This document shows positions 12,855 through 21,152 of a stretch of DNA of 64,000 nt, piece after piece. The notes under the pieces are model-generated. The model had not been told where the DNA came from. It worked only from the letters and a program-made list of their open reading frames with translations, and made no database searches. The stretch covers positions 496,001-560,000 of the forward strand of contig NW_019028995.1 in NCBI RefSeq assembly GCF_002105155.1, read 5' to 3'. Numbering within the stretch: position 1 is the stretch's first letter; each line of letters starts with the position of its first letter. Source of the DNA: Lobosporangium transversale (lineage: Eukaryota). Position numbers and translations under genes: made by a program.

Positions 12855-14378
12855 ATGAAGCTGCATCATCCCATTATATTGTTCAGTCTCAGCTTGACGG
12901 CTGCACTCACATTCCTTACTGGAGTTTCCTCGACAGCCTATCGTTCTACGGCCGTTGCAGCGGCTCATAATCGCCAACACAGACAGCACCATTCTGAGCA
13001 ATTTGCACCCATCGCACGCAAAAGAGCACTTAGTACAAAAAGATCCTCTCCTTCGACCCCAATTGCAAAGTCGCTTAGAAAGCGTGCTTCCGAGAAAAGC
13101 ACAGAGTTATCTTCCTCGTCCTCTTCCTCGATACCCAATACACCCTTATTGCTCTTACCAGACTCGCATTCAGTCTGGCAGACTGGCTCTTATCAAACTG
13201 TTCGATGGTCCCGCAAGTATATCAAAAGTCTACCCGACGACACAACTGTCGACATCGTTCTCATGGACGCAAGAACAAACCGCAAGATCCACTCGCTCAA
13301 ACGGTTTATTCCATTCAAGCGAGGTTCTGCACAAGTTAGGGTGCCTGTCAGCTTGCCCGAAGGAGTATCGTTTGTTTTAATTTTGGAGTTGTATCGTGGT
13401 CGGAGTCAAGAGCAGGTCACGGGCACAATCACTGCTTCGTCTGCTTCATTACCTCCTTATGAAGGTCAGCAGCAGCGGAACGAAACTCCGTCACTAGAAA
13501 ATATCTCAGCTAAGAGTGCTAGTTATGGTCGATCAATGTCTAATATATCGGGTGATGCATTCTCAACAGTGGTGCGGAGATCAGACATCAGCATTTCTTC
13601 TAGAGCGCGAAGAAAGGCTAGAGGTGTAGCAGATCCAAAGGATGTGGCGGAAAATGTCAATGATAGGGCTCACGCACGTGATATGAGGTCAGGCACTGCA
13701 GGCTCGCATCATGACATTAATGACGATGATTATTATATTGGCGCAAATGCAGAGCATGGATACCAATTTTTACCAGAGGAAATGAGAGAAGAATACCCCA
13801 ACACAGTTCGTCCACTTGATCTAGAGCATACATTTGGATTGCACCAGAAGGTTTACACACTGACACCATATACCCTTGAATGGAAGATCCCTGCACGTGT
13901 CGTAGAGCTGATGGAATACACACGCCAGGCACAGATGTTAGCCAGTGCAGGAAGCAAGATCAATCAGGGTCAGCCGTCATCTCAACAGCAACTTCCTTCG
14001 ATCACTCTTAAATCAACATTTTTGGCCAAGGTGATGGTTGAGCTGGTATTGGACCAGACATTGGAAACAATCTCTGTATTGGCAAGGGACATTCCTGCAG
14101 AGACCATGTTTCAGTACCTTAGTATTCAGGATCGCGTTCCGCCGGCGTTCTATCGTCTCCGTGTACGTATGGTGGTTGTTGAGGTCAAAGTGGACGACTC
14201 CAAGATTCCGGCTCTGGGACAATATAGAGGATCTGATATGTACATGGTTTTACCTTCTGGACGTTCAGGCAGTAACAGGCTTGGTATGGAAGGATGGGAG
14301 TTCCCAAATGGTGGAAAGGTCATTGACCGATATGAGGCTGTTACGCGAAGATTCTGGATTTCACAAGGTGCGCTTTAA
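12855..14378 (+). CDS. Secreted protein of unknown function (507 aa, intronless)
   Basis: Long ORF with signal peptide MKLHHPIILFSLSLTAALTFLTGVSS, KR dibasic sites and two beta-rich globular-looking segments. Confidence 0.75.
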   Translation: MKLHHPIILFSLSLTAALTFLTGVSSTAYRSTAVAAAHNRQHRQHHSEQFAPIARKRALSTKRSSPSTPIAKSLRKRASEKSTELSSSSSSSIPNTPLLLLPDSHSVWQTGSYQTVRWSRKYIKSLPDDTTVDIVLMDARTNRKIHSLKRFIPFKRGSAQVRVPVSLPEGVSFVLILELYRGRSQEQVTGTITASSASLPPYEGQQQRNETPSLENISAKSASYGRSMSNISGDAFSTVVRRSDISISSRARRKARGVADPKDVAENVNDRAHARDMRSGTAGSHHDINDDDYYIGANAEHGYQFLPEEMREEYPNTVRPLDLEHTFGLHQKVYTLTPYTLEWKIPARVVELMEYTRQAQMLASAGSKINQGQPSSQQQLPSITLKSTFLAKVMVELVLDQTLETISVLARDIPAETMFQYLSIQDRVPPAFYRLRVRMVVVEVKVDDSKIPALGQYRGSDMYMVLPSGRSGSNRLGMEGWEFPNGGKVIDRYEAVTRRFWISQGAL

Positions 14379-15015
14379 GAGCTAAACGTACCTTTTCAAA
14401 ACTAAAGTCTGTATATAAATATCATAACTTGCCAACAATTACTCGGAAACAAAAAATCAAAAAAAAAAGAAAATAAAGTATAGCCCGTTCCATTTGTCGC
14501 GATCCCTTATATTTTTTGAATACTCTTAAATGTATTGGCAGCCAATTGACTCGCTTGTTATTGCAAGTGGTGTGACTGGTCATTAAAATTAATTTCAGTT
14601 TATTTTGTAGTCATAGGCGGGTCCGCCTCACCTAGAAACTACCGAGTATAAAAGCCAAAGAAACTTCCTTCTTAATAAAGTCTTCAGTTTTCCCCACATG
14701 TCTTATTCTTCATCCGCAGTTCATCTTGCCATTTATCTTTTTCCCCTTTTCACAACAAGCATTTGTCTTCCGGTAACTCAGTTTGTGAGCTCACCTATAA
14801 AGCTCCCATCTTTTGACATTCTATGGTGCTGTTTGTAGTCAAGGTTATTTGACTCTATTTTCTCTTGTTAATCTTGTTGACACCCTTTGTCCTGCCTTTT
14901 ACTGCTTGTGTCTATCTTCCTGTCCCTTAAGCGAAGATATACCTATTTTTTACAACAATACCACCAAACCAATTCATTATAGATTAAGACATGTGGGGTC
15001 TATATGTTGTCTAAA

Positions 15016-15150
15016 TAGTCCTCCCCATCAAAAAACATCATCTAGACCAAGCATAGAAATAAAGAGATTAGTCAAGAAAGCACTGTCAAGCTAATACTTA
15101 CAACTTTTTCAAGACGAAGGCCTTTCCCGACCTAGTCATGTTTGTAGTAG
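15016..15150 (-). ncRNA. Candidate Fanzor omegaRNA / element 3' end, copy 2
   Basis: The reverse complement of 15111-15150 matches 20419-20458 at 38/40 nt. A second hairpin and the terminal TTTTTT(G/A)ATGGG..GGACTA motif are also shared. Confidence 0.7.
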
Positions 15151-15199
15151 CTCATGAAAAATTTTAGACAGACAAGTAGTAACCAGGGAGCAGAAGTGA

Positions 15200-16075
15200 G
15201 AATAGGATGTGGATTCACACATCACATCCATGGGGCATTTATCCAAATTTGTATCAAAATAAAACTGCAAGTTTGTCTCGGGCACCACACCATGGGGCAT
15301 AGAGCTGTTAGTATGTCTGTATTATAAATTTTCATGTAACACGTGTACTGTGAAATATGCAACTGATCATATCCTATTGTTGTTGCCGGCTTGGTGTCTT
15401 TCCTCCCAATCTATCAGTGAGCATCGGTGCAACGCATATAAGGCACACAGGCTGTTGACGAGCCTACTTCTCACCTTCACCGTTTGACGCAGGTCAGGGT
15501 TGTGACGGTCTAGCGAACAAAACGTAAGGGCATTAACAATACCAGGATCGCATTAGACGGTAGTTGTGGTATTTGCAAATGAGCATCGCCCTGGCTCATG
15601 GAATATGAGTCCAACGTTTTCAAGAAGTTTGGGGCCCCTCTTCCAGCTTATGTTTGCGTAGTCTTCATCTATCAGGCCTTCACCGGCTGCCTTTAAAACA
15701 CGCCGTGTTAAGGAATCCTTGAGAAAGTTTCAATTCCTGGCTGAGATCTTCTTCATCTACGTTAGATTGCTGCTGTCTCTTCGTCTGGACTGTGTCATAG
15801 GCAAGTGGATTCAGAACAAGGCCACTGGTAATATCGTTCCTTTGAGTTTGAACCGAGTTATACCTTTGTCTTGTGCCTGTAGGGGTACCTTGTCTCGATA
15901 GCCATGAAACATGCGATCTCCTTCAATGTCACAAAGAGAGCCTGTATCTAGACTTCTTTTGTTCCCTGTACACATTCAAACACTGCAGTCTTGGAAGGAT
16001 TGTCGAGAGGATGTCAGTTAGGACGTGTTCAGACAGATACACATACCGAGGGGGGACGTAAGGAAGTCTGTTTTT
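15200..16075 (-). pseudogene. Decayed Fanzor C-terminal half (paralog of 18510-20410)
   Basis: Minus-strand fragments: DFLTS/PRYVYLSEHVLTDIL (cf. DFPTSAFSPRSLCLTEACLLDIL), SGLVLNPLAYDT (cf. NGLTLTLLAYDT), ISWKRGPKLLENV (cf. INWKQRSCLLENV), *CDPG (cf. GIDPG), CPRQTCSFIL (cf. CPRPHCDSIL). Contains stops, frameshifts and deletions. Confidence 0.8.
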
Positions 16076-16473
16076 TTTATTTCTTGTTGATTGTCATGGC
16101 GAAGGCTTGATTTGGTAAATGTAGATGATTGGAGAAGAGCTGTAAACAATACTCGAAATCCAAAAAGTTAAAACCTGTCGCTGAGAATCTTATTGTTTCG
16201 AGTTGTTCCAAATTCATCAGCCTTTTGTTTCGTTCTCTTTCATACACCTATAAATACGTCCTGCCTCCTTCTCTTTTTCCCTCTCTCTCTCTCTCATTTT
16301 ACAACGACATTGCTTTCGCGCTCTCACCCGTACTCTTACACCCTCATCCCCTCACAGATCATAACTTTTTGCTTTCTTAAAGGTAAACTATCTCTACTCT
16401 AACAACTTCAGCTTCAATCTTTAGCCGCTTAAACCAACATTGCTTGCACTGTTTTACACTATACTTTCTCTAG

Positions 16474-19400
16474 ATGGGTATTAAAGGACTCTATTCATAC
16501 CTTTCAAGGAGAGACCTGCCACCAAAGGAGATTGATGTACATGAGCTTGCTGCTGAACCCCATTCATCTTTTGAGCTGGATCTGCTTGGCACTTTCCACA
16601 GCGATATACATAATATCATCCTAAGGAGATTCAGCTGGCAGAGTTCTTTCACTGCCTGCGGCCATGCTATGGCTAGTATCATTCGAAAGATCTTTGGTCC
16701 TCTTGCCACAGTGACGATACACATTGATGGGCCTCGCTGCGAAGAAAAAACGCGTGCCTATAGGGACCGAGATGCTAAGCGTACAGCAGCGGATGCAAAA
16801 CTCGATACGCTCATAGCCAACATGGAAACCAAGTCCAATGAAGGCAAATGGGAATCTCGAAGCCATATGATTGCCATTAAAAAGAATCTTCGACAGCTCT
16901 TCACATTCAGTCATAACGAGAAGAGGGAGCTCGCGGCGCCATTCGGTCGATACAATAACTTTGTGATTTGCCATTGTAGAAATGAGGCTGATGTGTGTAT
17001 TGCCGCCAAATGTACACCAACCAGTATCGCTGTGTCTGGGGACTCTGACCTTCTCATCTATCCTTCTATAAAAAGAGTTCTTCGTCCAATCCCTCGTCGC
17101 CATCACATGTTTGCACTCTATGAGAAACAAGAGGTCCTGCAGGCCCTTGGGTTTTCAAGGAACAGTCAACTCCTGGTCTATGGCATTATATCCGATAACG
17201 ATTACACCCCAAATATCCCAACCTTTGGTCTTGCTACAAATGCTGAGATTATCTCCGCGCTCACTGACACTGATGCCGAAAAGTTGACGGTATCATATGT
17301 TCGTGAGGTCCATGCCCGTAGCCGTCGAACTCCTGCAGAAGGCCAGTTTGACCATTCAATTAATGTTTTCTTTGGTGGGATCCAAACCCAGGCCTCGCAG
17401 CAACCAACCGCTGAAAGATTCCTTCATTACCATGATAGAATGAGGACTGCGATATCTGCTAGGTACCAGAATAAAAATAATCAACCTCAACCCAGGTAAG
17501 CTCCTTCAAATGAACATTTTCCAAAGCATATACAAAAAAAAAAAAAAAAAAAAAAAGTCATCTAACCCTTGACATTGTTGTTCCTAATTAGATTCTATAT
17601 CCCTAAACGCGCAAAGCCGAATCGCTATCGGCCTGTTTTCCCTACCCAGAAAAAGGAACTTTCCCCTAAGAAATATGACCTGACCAACTGCAAACAACAC
17701 GACCGTCCCGTCAGCTCCAGCCGTCAAAGAAAGTCCCCCAAAAAAAAGGAAAAGGAAAAAAAAGAGGATGACAAAGAAGAGGAGGTTAAGGAGGAAAAGA
17801 AGAAAAAAAAGAAGAACAAAGGGAAGGCCAAGTATATCAGAAAGACTGATAAGACCAGGAAAGTGAAGGAGGCTACTGCCGAGGACCGACGGTTGAAGAG
17901 GGCCCACCCCACTGTTGCATTAACTCTGGGCACGTTAAAGACATGTGTAGTTGCCAAGCTGGACTCTACTTCCGATCCCAATCTCAATCCCGAGCAACTT
18001 GCTGCAACAATCCAAGGGCTCATTCAATCATTTATTAAAATGTTGAATGAGGCACGGATTCGAGCTTTCTGGGCCTGCGCCTTGTGGATCGATAACCTGC
18101 TTACCACTGGGCCATCCAATCCAGCTGATCTCCCACAACTCCTAGATGAAGTTCTTGATAGCAGGAACTTTATTTACGGCCTTGCTGCGTTGTTGTATCA
18201 CGGAGTGATGAGTCCATTATCTAGGTATAGCAGGGAAGTGAAGAAAAAAGGCGAAGGGAACGTAGCCAAGCCGTCCCAGCTCAAAGCATACGAAAACTTC
18301 TATGCAAAGGCAGGGCTTGGTCCTTTAAACCAGATCTATCCCGATTTGGTGATCAGCAGGTCGTCTCGGATGGTCATGGTCCCTGTTCAAGCAGCGCTAA
18401 GGTCTCACTATCGGAATGCGCAGGTAAATATAATATTATAATATTTTGAGGTTATCTTATAATATGTTTATAGAAATGTTCCTAATCATTTCTTCAATAT
18501 AATGTCTAGTTTGACATAGATATTCCAGGCGATGGAAGAAGTTCCATCCAATTCTTTTTTGAGCAAAATGCAACTGCCAAAAAATATCTGGATTTCCCTA
18601 CGTCTGCTTTCTCGCCTCGGTCTCTTTGCCTAACGGAAGCCTGTCTCCTGGATATATTATGGTCTAACCCAACAGTTCGAGAGGAAATAGCCCAATTGTT
18701 AGAACTAAACATGAGTACCAAGGGGGCTGCAGAGGACAAGATCCTTAACCACAAGGGGATATTGTTGCAGGAGCTGTTTTCCTTGAAAGGATACAAGGAC
18801 GTTGGACTGCAATCTGATGATGGTCCTAGAAGGAAACTACGGACATCGTTCTTTACAAACGGCCTTACCCTAACACTTCTTGCCTATGACACATCGAAGC
18901 AAAAAAGAGGTAGAGGTTCGCAAGCTGCCCAACCTTCGGATACTCAAAGATCTTAAGCGGTCCAGGCTTCTTCAAGTGCTCAGCAGGGATCCTCGTCTTC
19001 AGGCCATGGTGCAGGTGATGGTGGTGATGATGGAGACGACGACGGAAATGAAGATGACGATATCTTGCTGGGCATCAGCGATATTGACTTGCTGGAAGTT
19101 GATGAACCATTCTTAGATGGCGAAGAGGGAGAAGAAGCAGCTGAAGAAGGTACATCGAGCACAAATCCACTGTTCCCGGTGAGTCCCAGTCCCCGGCGTG
19201 AGATCAACTGGAAGCAGAGATCCTGTCTCCTCGAGAATGTAGAAGTTAAATATGACACCCAGGCAGCATGCCCTCCCCCCGAAAGTACCATTATCATTGG
19301 GATCGATCCAGGCGAGAGGTACTCGATGACAATTGCAAAGTTGGATCCAAGGAAACCTAACGAACGTGAGATCCTCCGGATTTCTAGAGCGTACCTTTAC

Positions 19401-20410
19401 AAACCATCCAAGAAGTTTCAGGGCGAGCTAGAGAGGCGAAAGCTTAGAAGAGGAATTACAGAGATTGAAAGCAATATTCCGTCATTCTCAAGGCCTACTT
19501 TAACACAGTATTTCGCTTATATGAGCTTGCCGCTAAATCAAGCTCCATCAAGTACTGGAGGTAGTTTCTCTGGTAGTGGAGTTGAGGCCAGTAGTAGCAG
19601 TGGATCTGGGACCAGTGACGACAATAGGGAGACTATATATAGGGCGCTTGTCGATTTCTATAATGACGGGTGGTTTGTTCGGAATAGCTGGGATATTAGA
19701 AAAGCACAGAACGGATGCGTTGATTATGTGATCAAGGCAATTCTGAAGCTTGCGGGCGGAAGCAATGGAAGAAGAAGAGATGCCAATACGAATGCGGTGA
19801 TCTGTATTGGACTAGGATCATTCAAGACAAACCGAGGACAAGTATCGAAGCATGGGATATTGATGAAGAAGCTTGTTGAAAAGGTAAAAAAAAAAAAAAA
19901 AAAAAAAAAAATTCCCTTGATCAATGACATTTAATTTTTGAGTCTTTTTTTAACGAGTATTAAATCTGGCTCGAACAGGCAAAATCTCTAGACTACCCCA
20001 TTGTAGGTTGTCATGAATACTATACATCTGCCAAGTGTCCACGGCCTCACTGTGACAGTATATTGGAGAATGTTCCTTTTCGATCCAAGTACTGTCGAAA
20101 TTGTAAAGCATACTTTGATCGAGATGCTGTTGGTGCTGAGAACATCGCAAGGGTCTGTGAGTCGCAGATAAGAGAGCAAAAACGACCTGCAAAATATATG
20201 CCGCCGGACGGAGGAACTCAAGGCCAAGCTTCTAGCGGTAGTGGCGGCGGTGGAGGTAGTGGTGGCAGTGGTGGCAGTGGTGGTAGTAGTAGCAGACCCA
20301 CAAAAAGAAAATTTTCAGATGAAGGAGGAGGAGTAGAGGGATCAAGACCACCGAAAGGACCTTTGCTGGGTCCAGGAGGAGGGGGAGAGACAAGCCGGCA
20401 ACAACAGTAG
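16474..20410 (+). CDS. XPG/FEN1-type PIN nuclease - Fanzor (TnpB-like RuvC + Zn finger) fusion. Exons 16474-17495, 17592-18423, 18510-19883, 19979-20410 (~1219 aa), one internal TAA at 18954-18956
   Basis: N-terminus: MGIKGL, ELDLLG, HIDG, EAD, SGDSD, DNDY. C-terminus: RuvC-I IIGIDPG, VICIGLG plus shifted Glu in HEYYTS, C-x4-C...CxxC finger, RuvC-III FDRDAVGAENI. All three GT-AG introns splice in frame (3660 nt total). Confidence 0.85.
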
Positions 20411-20418
20411 GACACAAT

Positions 20419-20578
20419 CTACTACAAACATGACTAGGTCCAGAAAGGCCTTCGTCTTAAAGTATTGGCTTGATAGTACTTTTTTTTCTTGGTTAATTTA
20501 TTTATTTATTTCTGTGTTCTAATACATTTCTTCTTTTTACAATAGATGGAATGTCTCGTTTTTTAATGGGACGGACTA
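20419..20578 (+). ncRNA. Candidate Fanzor omegaRNA scaffold and transposon right end, copy 1
   Basis: Starts 9 nt after the Fanzor stop. Hairpins GACTAGGTC-CAGAAA-GGCCTTCGTC and AAGTATT-N8-AGTACTT are conserved with 15016-15150. Similarity ends at ...GGACTA(T), followed by TA. Confidence 0.7.
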
Positions 20579-21152
20579 TATATATTGTATAGATTACTAT
20601 TTCTGATCACATATTGTAATAAAGAAGAGTATGACTTTCAAAGCATCTTGGCATACAGAGAGCATTTTGACTAGCTGTGGCTGTGAAGAGCATTTGCGTT
20701 AGTATTTACGTAGTCTTTCCTCGTCTCTTGCCACAAATTCCTGACTCAAAGCATACAACTATTAAGCTTAGGTTCAAACCCACTAGTCAACTGGCCTCAA
20801 AGGATACGGAAGACGTGCTCATCATTCGAATTTTGTAGCCTTGGAATTATAAGAGGATCGAATCTCTTTTTCTCAGAAGGTGCATCCGATGTTTTTTCTA
20901 AAAGGGAAAAACCAATGGGATTACTTCCTTGTAACTCATTCACGTCCGCTACCTCTCTGATATTCATCATAATTAGCCAAGCCCACAGCGGGCGTAACTA
21001 TCCATCAGGTCAAGTACAAACGGATAAATAAATAAATAATAAAAAAAAGAAAAGCTGTACACACTCGCAACACTGTCAGTCAATACTCCTGGAGAGAGGA
21101 GCTGCGGCCAGGACCGTCGTTTTCATCTGTATTTGTCGCATATTCTTTTCAA

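Noticed and set aside
12392..12970. 192-aa Phe/His/Leu-rich ORF
   Set aside because: Translation of a pyrimidine-rich 5' UTR/promoter; overlaps the real gene out of frame.
16080..16473. Left TIR of the PIN-Fanzor element
   Set aside because: No convincing match to TAGTCC(G/T)..CCAT..AAAAAA. Only a TATAAAT box and a CT-rich promoter-like tract are visible.
16474..17499. Stand-alone host FEN1/XPG repair gene
   Set aside because: The stop lies inside a GTAAG donor, the intron is conserved in the 61861 copy, and the module is multicopy and linked to RuvC sequence.
19065..20410. Bacterial TnpB/Cas12 contamination
   Set aside because: Spliceosomal introns with host-style poly-A tracts, a Fanzor-type rearranged Glu and fungal flanking genes.
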